From IMG/VR virus record IMGVR_UViG_3300005747_000147: DNA of 64,000 nucleotides; one strand, 5' to 3'. The stretch's first letter is position 1. Each line of letters starts with the position of its first letter. Both the position numbers and the translations under genes were made by a program. This DNA comes from an uncultured virus (IMG/VR IMGVR_UViG_3300005747_000147). Lineage: Duplodnaviria; Heunggongvirae; Uroviricota; Caudoviricetes. The notes below the pieces were generated by a model. The model had not been told where the DNA came from and did not search any database. It saw only the letters and a list, made by a program, of their open reading frames with translations. Shown piece by piece: positions 37,501 through 46,487 of the stretch.

Positions 37501-40500
37501 CTGTCTATTCTACTTCCAGAATAAGGTAACAAATCACAATTAGAAAATAAAAACATTCTAGATACTTTAGGGTCTTTATTGTCTAAAACATCTTCAGCGA
37601 TATAAGGGCTTCTACCTAAAGAGGTATCTGAGTATAATGTTGGATTTGGGGGAATATAAATACTATCAGTAGCAGTACTTATACCTTTACTAAATCTGAC
37701 TTCGTTTAAATATCTTGAGCCTAAAACCGAATCAAATCCCCTAGATTCGATTAAAGTATGCCCTTCTGAATTAGAGCCTGAATCAGTAAAGTTTGGCATT
37801 GTTGCCCCTACTCCAATAATATTATCATTTAATATTCCATCAACATAAAATCCCGGATTAAACCTATATGCAGTAGAATAGTATTTCACTTTACTTAATT
37901 TTTCACCATAAAAATTATATTCTTCCGACTCAGTAAATCCTGTAATGCTTGAATTCACTAAATTAAAATTACCTTTTTCTATACTAATTAGCCTATAGTA
38001 TGGACTACCAAACTTGTGAGCATAAGAAGACTTACCTAAATCACTATCATAACTCAATGGATAGTCAAAAACGCTTAATGTATTATCTGAAACTATGTTA
38101 GTATCAGGAGTATTAGCAGCACCGATTGTTGGGTGAAGTAATGCGACCATTTTTCCTGTATGTAAATGACCTGCATTCAAAAAGTTCAATTCGTGAGTTT
38201 TTTTAGATGATTCCCTAGTAGTTTCATCAACATTTAATATTGTTACTTCTGAATCTGCCGCTACATTTTTTATTTTTCTATCTAAATATAATGTAGTATA
38301 AGTGCCGCTATTAGAAGCACCAACAAAAAATCCAGCAAATGTTCCATCTACATAAATTGGACTTCCATAGTGCCTTCTTTGAGTATCTATTCCACCTAAA
38401 GCAACATGATAGCCACTTAAACTAGATGTTAATGAATTTTGAGGTGTTGAGCCAATAGCATTACAAGTCATTAAAATAGCAGTAGATATGTTAGTATCTA
38501 GTTGATTAGCGTAATTTATATCTACTCTACCTAAAGTCAAAGGAACATAAGGTGCTATTATAACGCTAGTATCAAATTTATTTCTTTTTATGCTAATTAC
38601 AGTAAAATCAATAAGAGTATTGATTGTATCGAAGTCTGCATGGGTGGTGTGAGTAATGTTATCTAATCTAGCCTGAAATGCTGAATCGCTTTTCATTTTA
38701 GTTGCAGAACTTAGGTAGTACCCTCTCGCTTCTAAATTAGTTGATAAAGAAGTAGAAACCAAAGAAGATGATTCGCTACCATCTTGCGCTGCTCCTGTTC
38801 CTAATCCAGCAACTCTTATATCTTTACCACTATTAAAATATAATCCTTTATTTGAAACTCCGTCTAAACTTGATGTAGACTCGACTAATGAATTTGAGGC
38901 TAACGCTTTATTCATTATATAGTTTTTACTGGATGACTTGTATAAAGTTACAGTTCCTTCTGTTCTTGGAAATTCTCCTATTACTACTGTGTTTGCAGAA
39001 GAAGTAGCAACTGTGGTTTTACCAATATAAGAAAGCATACCATTATCATATTTACCAAATAATATAGTACCTGCCGGTATAGTTGCAGTAGCAGCATTTG
39101 TTATATCCGCTGCTGTTTTTAGATTAATTGTTTTACTAGAAGCATCAAATGTTATTACCGCTTTTATTTCGTTATCGGAAGTGTCTAAAAGAGTAGCCAA
39201 ATTATTATATGGGCTATTGCTAGAATAAATAACATCTTTAGTAAATAAAGTATTTTTATCAACAATATTAGAAACAAGAATTCTTGATTTGCTGTTGGCA
39301 ACAATTTTCATAACATTAGTATTAGATTCTATATCGTTTTCTGTACTTTCTATTTCTCCATTTAATTTTTCTATTTCAATAGAATAAGCACCTATTGCTG
39401 AACGGAGAGCATTATTAAAACTATACGAAGAATTATTAAAATCAAGCGTCAAAAGTTTTTTATTAGCATCCGAAGAAATAACCTTTGCTTCAAGAGATTC
39501 TAAATTAGCATTACCCAATGATACATATAGCACTGACTCTCTACCGTCTATGATTGGATAATCAGTAAGTAGTGTCTTATCAGTTTGATTATATGCCCTG
39601 CGGTAAATAATATCATTTACAGATAAACTGTATGAAGTTGTTGTAAATGCAGATTCTTTTTCTAATCTTGTAAAGTCTTCAAATGTTATATCTTGAGAAA
39701 ATGCAGAATAAGAATCTATTGTTTTAACTATAAGTATTCTATCACCTACCTTTACTTCATCCCCCACATTTAAGAAAGAAGAAACATCAAATTCAGTTCT
39801 AAGAGTATATTCTGGGTGAGAAGTAATATCTGTAATTTTAAGAGGTAAAGGCATCCAACCGAAAAAGTCTGCCCTGTGTACTTGGTGTCTAATTTTTATT
39901 GGAGAAAAGTCTCCTATTTTTGTACTTAACATTCTTGAAGAATCAATTATAGTAAGTTCTGCATATCCTCCCCTTGCTCCTATGGATTCTTCAATAAAAC
40001 AATCAATAGTATTTTCTGTGGAGTTTGAAATAGTGGGCGAATAATCATAATATAAATATCTTTTAGGGCCAGTATAGTCAGGTGTAGAAAAGTTTGCACT
40101 ATCGGATTCTACATCTTCTCCTTCGGAATCTCTCCTAGCGTTAATAAAAGCAGAATCTCTAACAAATGGATTAAATGTATCTGGAGTAACACCTTCATTA
40201 CTTGTGTGGGTTAATGGGCTATCTTGGTCTTTTAATCTATCAATTAATTGAACCACCATAGAAAACCTACTATTGTCTATTACACTTGTACCAAATTCGG
40301 GAATTGTTGTAAAGTAACTATCTGAAGAAATAGTTGCAGAAGTAGTGCCAGTATTAAATTTAATTGCATATTTTTCATTGTGATTTAGTTGATTTTTTTC
40401 AGTTAAATGTTCATTAAAGAAATAAAACAAAGGTCTAGCACAGATTAGAGAATCATTTAACGATGATTTTATTCCTGCCGAAATAGCATGTGGGTAAATG

Positions 40501-41384
40501 TATGTATTTTTTGGGAAAGAATAAAGTTTAAATTTAACTCCAATTGGTATTTCATTACCTAATTTTGGCTCAAAGTCAAAAGAATCTCCCAATGAATCAT
40601 CACTATGTACTTCTGTAATTCTAGCAAAATGATGTTTTAAATAATTGTCCGAGTGAATAAGTACAAAATAATAATTATCAGTATTATTATTTACTTCATC
40701 TCTTTGAGTTGTACTAAAATTAAATCCAGTACTAGAATCATCACTATGGCATTTTATTCTAAATCCACTTGTGGTTTCTAAGTTTGATAGTTGTTGCCCC
40801 AATATAAGAGTAGCATTAGTATTTGTTGACAATGCACCATTATTAGTATTTATTATAGTAGAAGAAATTATTCTATTAATAATAGTATTATCTGGAAAAT
40901 TGTTAGCAGTAGTCTGAATAGACTGACCTATGAACATTCCCGAACTAGAACTTACAGTAACAGTATGTCCACCATCCACAGTAGTTTGAAAACTAGCCCC
41001 ACTTAATGTAGTAACATTTAATGCAGTAAAAGTAGGTTGGAGTTCAGTATTGAAAGAATTAGGATAAATAGCAGTAAAGTTATCATTTAAAGTAGCGGCT
41101 TCAATTACTTTAAATTTAGGATTAGTTGGGCAATTATAGGCTACTTTCTCAAAAGTCCTAGTTGTGGTGCTTGAATCACTAGCACTAGCACTAAGCGTAA
41201 CTGTTGTTGAAGTTGCTATTGCTGTAATTCTAGTTAATGCGGGGATTCCATCACCTGACACTATCATACCTACCCAAAGTTTACTAACATTATCGGAACT
41301 TAATGTTAATGTAGTGCTACCAGCAGTTGTACTAGAAAGAGTCAAAGTTGAAGGACTTCGAGAAATAGCCAGTATTTTTGTCAT
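34542..41384 (-). CDS. large tail tip/hub protein (2280 aa)
   Basis: Ser/Thr-rich beta protein; C-terminal hub-like signature (NTVTVVG...SVKKVG...LRAGDIV...LELG). Confidence 0.75.
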   Translation of the reverse strand: MTKILAISRSPSTLTLSSTTAGSTTLTLSSDNVSKLWVGMIVSGDGIPALTRITAIATSTTVTLSASASDSSTTTRTFEKVAYNCPTNPKFKVIEAATLNDNFTAIYPNSFNTELQPTFTALNVTTLSGASFQTTVDGGHTVTVSSSSGMFIGQSIQTTANNFPDNTIINRIISSTIINTNNGALSTNTNATLILGQQLSNLETTSGFRIKCHSDDSSTGFNFSTTQRDEVNNNTDNYYFVLIHSDNYLKHHFARITEVHSDDSLGDSFDFEPKLGNEIPIGVKFKLYSFPKNTYIYPHAISAGIKSSLNDSLICARPLFYFFNEHLTEKNQLNHNEKYAIKFNTGTTSATISSDSYFTTIPEFGTSVIDNSRFSMVVQLIDRLKDQDSPLTHTSNEGVTPDTFNPFVRDSAFINARRDSEGEDVESDSANFSTPDYTGPKRYLYYDYSPTISNSTENTIDCFIEESIGARGGYAELTIIDSSRMLSTKIGDFSPIKIRHQVHRADFFGWMPLPLKITDITSHPEYTLRTEFDVSSFLNVGDEVKVGDRILIVKTIDSYSAFSQDITFEDFTRLEKESAFTTTSYSLSVNDIIYRRAYNQTDKTLLTDYPIIDGRESVLYVSLGNANLESLEAKVISSDANKKLLTLDFNNSSYSFNNALRSAIGAYSIEIEKLNGEIESTENDIESNTNVMKIVANSKSRILVSNIVDKNTLFTKDVIYSSNSPYNNLATLLDTSDNEIKAVITFDASSKTINLKTAADITNAATATIPAGTILFGKYDNGMLSYIGKTTVATSSANTVVIGEFPRTEGTVTLYKSSSKNYIMNKALASNSLVESTSSLDGVSNKGLYFNSGKDIRVAGLGTGAAQDGSESSSLVSTSLSTNLEARGYYLSSATKMKSDSAFQARLDNITHTTHADFDTINTLIDFTVISIKRNKFDTSVIIAPYVPLTLGRVDINYANQLDTNISTAILMTCNAIGSTPQNSLTSSLSGYHVALGGIDTQRRHYGSPIYVDGTFAGFFVGASNSGTYTTLYLDRKIKNVAADSEVTILNVDETTRESSKKTHELNFLNAGHLHTGKMVALLHPTIGAANTPDTNIVSDNTLSVFDYPLSYDSDLGKSSYAHKFGSPYYRLISIEKGNFNLVNSSITGFTESEEYNFYGEKLSKVKYYSTAYRFNPGFYVDGILNDNIIGVGATMPNFTDSGSNSEGHTLIESRGFDSVLGSRYLNEVRFSKGISTATDSIYIPPNPTLYSDTSLGRSPYIAEDVLDNKDPKVSRMFLFSNCDLLPYSGSRIDSLFNPNNTRDLSEYSIMLIDEPIITDSFDTKTNVLGETTRISSNDSSHTFAKIKSSSKSVGSENTTFTNFSLMRLTEVVYDFAFNQFDPENPPSRKRVVPSFQYAVHGKSSVTNNTNPVYARSIPSSNVIRCSISPDNLSANDVIVDGAGRFMGIVSSVSTTDITCDSAIFKTYRDTSNVAQHYVASSGTDTQLYFIPVEQLTNADGGVGPIKGHGKQDTFINFDEDIHLLKSAIMTDVTTNTYGKSGSDFYTKYSNNTLAGTINNNSRQPNLWLPIDIDSDSKAAKGAGGGQPSLVLERLRAGFLRGLNEGNNFGASGYTTGELTYTNFMPVIFDRFNIEDGTTANADTGMCCPRINGISHRTVEDEFSLYGIALNGVYASLKDTGTVRSNLATDADGVIFGFKPLLKIHNTNDLMGTDKGPNNTTIVRVSIETNNQPFLDFVDLTGCYLAPENGKYLQNDSDTISLGTHSDGESLNGMTPDKLLYVISHELDISNNTKTHILTLDDTLVAADTFYRILQPNHTCLYDFSPSDIKLNEMSSRYTKKPYSNSMYDSPNSYFVNGGSGKRTLAGEGEAVLSMYVIADPNDVSSSDHVVIRTPDKLDAIWNIKDDKSSKETLCIADGENFNVTGVTFTKDSTSIGYYMSISEQETMLGIPSFSELIELKVEGDVSSSAKRAIIGSEVTICREADDLIEEMLQENNIDFSLSKNADYPFFLAPNFKGVNLFQAIKFIMSKKNKSLLEVNGTLTIVDKNTVSNFPSLIIGTRNTNIDIFRIQKLKTMYSFANTVTVVGKSHKGTRKDLRSVKKVGVKSLRETDRQLVTQEEVNSRASELLKLHGKFNFKVSVQVGHKGLGQLRAGDIVTLDFPKENIEFSEFLVLQITHSMRGMITLELGRYSKQLEDRFAEIQIKQQQIEEENSEEIPDNIELSFLDDINLKLIKFVAQKRSSIDGTKLGFGGPLNTSTYTLGFVGAGGTTTTLLEEEF

Positions 41385-42760
41385 ATGTCTATCTCCTCAA
41401 ATCTTAAAAATAGTAAAGTATCATCATAACTAGGTAATAAATTTCTAATATTAAAAGTTTTTCTAGTTATATTAGTAATACTTAATTCGTGAAGCACTCC
41501 CATAAATTGTTTATTTGTAGTTGTACTGCCTTCCCCAACAGCACCACCAGTTGCTCCAATATAAATATCGCTATCACCAAAAGAAAAAGAACCTGTTCCA
41601 GAAATAGAATTAGAAGCACTTTCACTACTATCATATAGTATTAGTTTGTTTCCATTCAAATACACATTTAGTGTTTTATTTGAAGAGTTGAAAGAACAAC
41701 CTATGTGAAATTGTTGGTTTATGTAAGACGCATCACGCTCAACGGGGAGGTATAGGTCAGTTGTCGTACTGCTAATTGTTGAACCATACGACCCACCAGT
41801 TACCGTTAAAGTGCTTGAGCCGGTAGCGGTCACTCGACCCAAAAGAACAAAAGCATCCCCACTTTTGATATATACTAATTCACCAATTGCTATTTTTTTA
41901 GTACCATTAGTTGCCACAGTAGATATTGTACTGCCACTAAAATTACTAAAGGTAGTAATTTTCTTATATTGCACCATTCCGTTTGTGTCAAATCCAGTCT
42001 TGTTATCAACGCTTGTATAAAAAAATTGGTTTCCGCTATTTGATTTAATTATATGTCCAGATGTCAATGTGGTAGTAGTGCCACCTATTGTTATTGCTGC
42101 TTTAATTTTATATTCAGCAGGTTGATTTACATTTGTGAATGTGCTATTTAACAAAGATAGGCTTATACCACTACTGTTAAAAATCATCATTTCGTGACTA
42201 ATTCTATCAGCGTTTGTTAAATACTTAGACGATTGATAATTTGATTGCGTAACAGAAGTTCCCGCTACATCTACTGTTGGCGGAGATGGCATTACTTTTT
42301 TAGAATAGGGCTTAACAAAAAATACTCTTTGGTTTGTTTGAGTTGAACTAACTAAGTTTACTCTAGAAATAGTTATTCTTGTACTGCTTGTTATTTCAGT
42401 AATTAAAGTTTCATCAGAAAAATCTCCAGAATGTACTACTCTCATACCAACAGAAAGTCCCGAAGTAGAAGTCATATCCAATATATTTCGATTGCTTGTT
42501 CCGTAAGTGCATTCTTTAATTATTTCGCTAGGTCTATCTTTACCATCAAACAGTTCACTTCTAGTTGTCCTACCATCTCCATTAATGTCAAAGGGTGTTA
42601 TTATAGTTTCTAATGTGAAAGAATTCTCATGTGAAAATATACCATAACCTATATCATATGTAGAGTTTGGAACATTGTCACTATAATCAATTTTAAGATG
42701 ACCGTTGCACATAACAGGGAATACTAGCCCTCTTTGTTTTCCGGTCAATATTTTATACAT
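41381..42760 (-). CDS. tail protein with a LamG/ConA-like domain
   Basis: SFTLETII...FHIGCSF...VYLNG...IYIGA...FMGVLHELSI...LLFLRFEE. Confidence 0.7.
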   Translation of the reverse strand: MYKILTGKQRGLVFPVMCNGHLKIDYSDNVPNSTYDIGYGIFSHENSFTLETIITPFDINGDGRTTRSELFDGKDRPSEIIKECTYGTSNRNILDMTSTSGLSVGMRVVHSGDFSDETLITEITSSTRITISRVNLVSSTQTNQRVFFVKPYSKKVMPSPPTVDVAGTSVTQSNYQSSKYLTNADRISHEMMIFNSSGISLSLLNSTFTNVNQPAEYKIKAAITIGGTTTTLTSGHIIKSNSGNQFFYTSVDNKTGFDTNGMVQYKKITTFSNFSGSTISTVATNGTKKIAIGELVYIKSGDAFVLLGRVTATGSSTLTVTGGSYGSTISSTTTDLYLPVERDASYINQQFHIGCSFNSSNKTLNVYLNGNKLILYDSSESASNSISGTGSFSFGDSDIYIGATGGAVGEGSTTTNKQFMGVLHELSITNITRKTFNIRNLLPSYDDTLLFLRFEEIDI

Positions 42761-42769
42761 ATTATCAAC

Positions 42770-43402
42770 TCAAGGGAATACTCTAGCAATATCAAAATCC
42801 ATAGTAAAGGTTAAATCGAAAGACTCCGCTTCAAAATTACAAGTAAAACTTCTAATAAATCCGACCAAGCCTTCATCAGTGGAACTATCAGGGAATTGAT
42901 TTAATGGTAGTGGCACTAATTCATTTTCAAGTAAATTAGCACCACCTCTCGAATGAAAAGTTAATGGAACTAAAACTCCCGTATCTCTATTATTTACATC
43001 TACTCCACTTCTAGTTTCATAGTCATTACCTACAAATGAAGGCATTAGAATAACTAATTCTGCAACTGCTTGATTTCTTGCAAGACTAGTAGAATCTACC
43101 GAAGAAGCAATCATTTGTGCGACTTCATGGGCTGTAAATGTTCTAGAAGTTGCTACACCGGCAATAGTTTTTTTAATAACTGTGTCGGTTATTGTTCCTC
43201 CTAAATTAATACTTTTAGTACCCAATGCTAAATCCAACGCTACTCTTTCTGATTCACCTGTAATAAAAGTAGTAAAAGGTACAGGTAATGAAGGTATGTC
43301 TTTTGACACACTTATTCCTACGGTATTCACCTTTAGCGGTATAGTATCTAAAGATAAGTCAGTACCGGAAAAGTTTTGTGTTTTAAGATATACATATGTC
43401 AC
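42770..43402 (-). CDS. distal tail protein (candidate)
   Basis: Immediately downstream of the tape measure; beta-rich; INLGGTI...GFIRSF...FTMDF. Confidence 0.55.
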   Translation of the reverse strand: MTYVYLKTQNFSGTDLSLDTIPLKVNTVGISVSKDIPSLPVPFTTFITGESERVALDLALGTKSINLGGTITDTVIKKTIAGVATSRTFTAHEVAQMIASSVDSTSLARNQAVAELVILMPSFVGNDYETRSGVDVNNRDTGVLVPLTFHSRGGANLLENELVPLPLNQFPDSSTDEGLVGFIRSFTCNFEAESFDLTFTMDFDIARVFP

Positions 43403-43411
43403 TCTATCACC

Positions 43412-45706
43412 TCAAATTAAATTACCAAATGGCATTTGCCGATTAAGTTTATTACCAATCATCTTTCCTAATTGTTGTGCTACTCTTCTCATTTCGGCAT
43501 CGGAAGTGTCTTTAGCGTTAATAGTAATATTAAAAATGTTGGTGCTTCCACCCATCATTCTCTTAGATTGTGAATTAGAATAGATTTTAGAACCTGCATT
43601 TAATTGTAGTAATTCCGGCCCTTGTTCTCCAACGAGAGACAATCCACCATGAGAAGTTCCTCCTTTGGCAAATCTTCCTTTAATTCCTAGTGTTCCGAAT
43701 ACTCCTTCATTTTCTAAAGAATCTCTAAATTTGTTATACCTATCTCTTGTTTTCTTTGAAGGGCTTAAGAAGTCTCTTATCGAAGTAGCCAAAGTAATTA
43801 ACTTTCCACCTGCGGCTTCTATTCCGGCCAAGAGTTTTTCTTTATTCATTTCTATACTTAATGATTGCCGGACTGCATCAAGCATTTCTCTAAAACCAAA
43901 TATTATATCATCTTTAGTTTTTATCAAAAAGTTAATGGAATCATTATATATTGTTTCAGCATAATGTTGTAGTCCGTAAAAGAAATTATTTATGTAGTCT
44001 TCTACATTTTGGAATTTTTCATCAAAATTATCATTTAACCAATAACCTACTGTAAATAAGGCCGCTAATACTGCAACACCAATTAGTATAGGTAATGCTG
44101 CGGCAGCAGCGAGAGATAGTGCTAAACCAATTAAAAATTGTATTACTATCAAAGCAACTACAACAAGAGCAACCTTCATAAGAATATCAGTTACTCTTCT
44201 TCTAAATTCGGGGTCTTTATAGAACTTATATGCGGCATCCATCAATAAATCAAATCCTGCAACCATCGCTAAGAATCCTGCTTCTAATAAAATCTTTCCG
44301 GTTTTAATAAGAACAGCAATTCCTTTATCTACAAATTTTCCGGCATAATCTAATGCTTTTTCATAGTCTCCATTTAGGAAAGCAGAAACCATTTTCCAAC
44401 CAACTTTAAGCCAATCGAACACCATAATACCTAATACTTTAATGTCATCAATTACACCAAACTCTTCCAAAATCTCATAGTATCTTTTCAAGTAGATTAA
44501 TATAACAAAGAATGCTGCTATTGCCAACATTGACATAACTAAGTATTTAAATACCATAGACATGATAGGTTGAAGGCTCATTGTAAACTTTCGCATTTTT
44601 GCTCTAAACTTAATTGCACCAGTAGAAAAAGGATTGAAGGCAGTATAGATTAATTTAGTGGATTTAGTAACTAGTAGTAGCGGTGCTAAAAGCATCTTTG
44701 CGCTTTTTAAGTTATCAGTTACTCCTTTTGCATTTGCTCTTGCCGCATCTTTTCTTACTGCTCTACCTACTTTCAACTGGTCTTTCTTTTGAGAAAATCT
44801 TTCACTAAGACCGCCAGTAATTGAAGCCATTCTTTTACCAAAAAAACCTTTACCTTTTTCTTCGGCTTTTACTCTCGCTAGTTTTTTTGCTTCTTTTACT
44901 CTATTACTATCAAAAGCATACGCCATTTTTGCATTCTTTTTAAGTGCTAATCTTTCTTCATCTAAGAGTTTATTTCTTTCATGGAAAAATTTTATAGAAC
45001 GCTGCATGGCTCTTTCTTCATCACCAGTTGCTAATAAAACCTTTTGATAAGCAGCCGTATTAGTTAATGCTTCTTTTGTTTCCTCACTAACTTCACTTGT
45101 TAATTTAGCAATATCAGCAAGTCTTTTACTACGGTTTGCTATAATTTTATTATTGGCTTCTGTTTCTTTATTTAATTTTTTTATGAGTTTAGCATGCATT
45201 TTTGTAGAAATGGTACTTTTACCCGTAGCAGCATTTACTCTAAGTAAATCATCATTATATGAATTTGCCAATGTTAAATTTTTTAAATTTTGGGCTTCTG
45301 CTTTTTTCTTTTCTGCTGTCAATTGTGCTGTCAATTTCTTGTCTTCAACACCATACTTAATTAAATTTTTAGAATTAGCATATATAGATTTCATTTGTTT
45401 ATCTACTTTATCATAGCCTTTTATTTTTTTTAATAACGCTGCGGATTCTTCCTCATGTGCCTTAGCATTTGCGTTTGAGCGATTTTCAAAACCAGCCAAA
45501 ATAGAAAGATATGCTCTTATTTTGTTTTGTGTACTCCATAAAGGAGTACCTGAAACTAAACGACTAAATGTAGTCCAAGCCTTACCTGCGCCTTCTGTAC
45601 TTGCAGCAGCAGAAGTAAGAGTTTTAGTTAATCCCTTAAACTCAATACCTGCTTTAATTGTTCCAGTCCTTAGAGTATCTAGGGAATCAATAACATCTTG
45701 AGCCAT
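43412..45706 (-). CDS. tail tape measure protein
   Basis: 764 aa, helical, Ala/Lys-rich with TM segments; C-terminal FAKGG...LVGEQGPEL; follows the chaperone pair. Confidence 0.85.
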   Translation of the reverse strand: MAQDVIDSLDTLRTGTIKAGIEFKGLTKTLTSAAASTEGAGKAWTTFSRLVSGTPLWSTQNKIRAYLSILAGFENRSNANAKAHEEESAALLKKIKGYDKVDKQMKSIYANSKNLIKYGVEDKKLTAQLTAEKKKAEAQNLKNLTLANSYNDDLLRVNAATGKSTISTKMHAKLIKKLNKETEANNKIIANRSKRLADIAKLTSEVSEETKEALTNTAAYQKVLLATGDEERAMQRSIKFFHERNKLLDEERLALKKNAKMAYAFDSNRVKEAKKLARVKAEEKGKGFFGKRMASITGGLSERFSQKKDQLKVGRAVRKDAARANAKGVTDNLKSAKMLLAPLLLVTKSTKLIYTAFNPFSTGAIKFRAKMRKFTMSLQPIMSMVFKYLVMSMLAIAAFFVILIYLKRYYEILEEFGVIDDIKVLGIMVFDWLKVGWKMVSAFLNGDYEKALDYAGKFVDKGIAVLIKTGKILLEAGFLAMVAGFDLLMDAAYKFYKDPEFRRRVTDILMKVALVVVALIVIQFLIGLALSLAAAAALPILIGVAVLAALFTVGYWLNDNFDEKFQNVEDYINNFFYGLQHYAETIYNDSINFLIKTKDDIIFGFREMLDAVRQSLSIEMNKEKLLAGIEAAGGKLITLATSIRDFLSPSKKTRDRYNKFRDSLENEGVFGTLGIKGRFAKGGTSHGGLSLVGEQGPELLQLNAGSKIYSNSQSKRMMGGSTNIFNITINAKDTSDAEMRRVAQQLGKMIGNKLNRQMPFGNLI

Positions 45707-45707
45707 A

Positions 45708-45920
45708 CTATCTACTCCTACTTTTTCTCTCCATGTCTTTTTGCATTTTTTCCATTTCTTCGGATTTTAGCGTTTCAAAGGTCATATGAACTTGTAGTAA
45801 ATCTTTAACTAGATATACTGGCATTTTGTATATTTCTAATGGGCTTATTGCTAATGCTTTAGATAAAGTATAAACAGTAATTAGAGACATTATATCAGGG
45901 GTAGTTTCTTTACCCTTCAT
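45708..45920 (-). CDS. tail assembly chaperone, -1 frameshift extension (gpT-like)
   Basis: In the -1 frame relative to the upstream chaperone, open from the slippery site. Confidence 0.75.
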   Translation of the reverse strand: MKGKETTPDIMSLITVYTLSKALAISPLEIYKMPVYLVKDLLQVHMTFETLKSEEMEKMQKDMERKSRSR

Positions 45921-45928
45921 GCAATCTC

Positions 45929-46300
45929 TTATTCTTCGTTTTTTTCTTCATCCTCCTGCATCATCGCCATTGGATTAGGCAGGATTTCTTTTAGTTGATT
46001 CCCGACATATGGGCTTATTCTAAGCATATCGAGAGTTGAAAGTGATGGTTCAGTCTTTTCAATAAAGTTTTCAATCATGTATCTATACATGGCTTGTAAG
46101 TCAATATCAAAAGACTGGGTTCTTTGGTCTATCTTCATTACTGAATTAAGTGCTTTCTCGGCTTCAAGCCAAGTCGGTTCTTTAATCCAGACTTTTAAAT
46201 ATTCATCTGATTCGGGAGACACTCTAATAAAATGTTCCTTCGCTGCTACAAGTGCAAATAAAGCACTCTTATCTGTTACAATTTTCTTATTATTTAACAT
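45929..46300 (-). CDS. tail assembly chaperone (gpG-like)
   Basis: Lies between tail tube and tape measure; ends GAA AAA AAC GAA GAA TAA; ATG 46300 follows GGTGG. Confidence 0.75.
   Translation of the reverse strand: MLNNKKIVTDKSALFALVAAKEHFIRVSPESDEYLKVWIKEPTWLEAEKALNSVMKIDQRTQSFDIDLQAMYRYMIENFIEKTEPSLSTLDMLRISPYVGNQLKEILPNPMAMMQEDEEKNEE
45938..45944 (-). promoter_or_regulatory. -1 ribosomal frameshift slippery heptamer A AAA AAC
   Basis: In-frame X XXY YYZ; a -1 shift reads ...K-R-R-I-R-D-C-M-K-G-K into ORF 45708-45920. Confidence 0.8.
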
Positions 46301-46355
46301 ATTATCCACCTTCAAAAACCAACAAACAAACAAACGGTGTGTTGGTGGAATATGA

Positions 46356-46481
46356 TTACTCTAATTTAGAATCCTTTTTTGGAGTCTCCTTTGGAGTATC
46401 TTTCTTAACTGGCTTCTTTTTCTTAGAAGCCTTTTCTATTTTCGCTCTTTCAGCCAAATACTTATCTCGATAAGAAGCCAT
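46356..46481 (-). CDS. 41-aa Lys-rich peptide
   Basis: MASYRDKYLAERAKIEKASKKKKPVKKDTPKETPKKDSKLE*; GGGGTGA SD. Confidence 0.55.
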   Translation of the reverse strand: MASYRDKYLAERAKIEKASKKKKPVKKDTPKETPKKDSKLE

Positions 46482-46487
46482 CTGAAA

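Noticed and set aside
32500..44000. Long + strand ORFs opposite the tail genes (e.g. 32500-33186), and similar antisense ORFs at 27845-28402, 51880-52521 and 58355-58831
   Set aside because: These are antisense shadows of real genes caused by codon bias; they lack SD sites and motifs.
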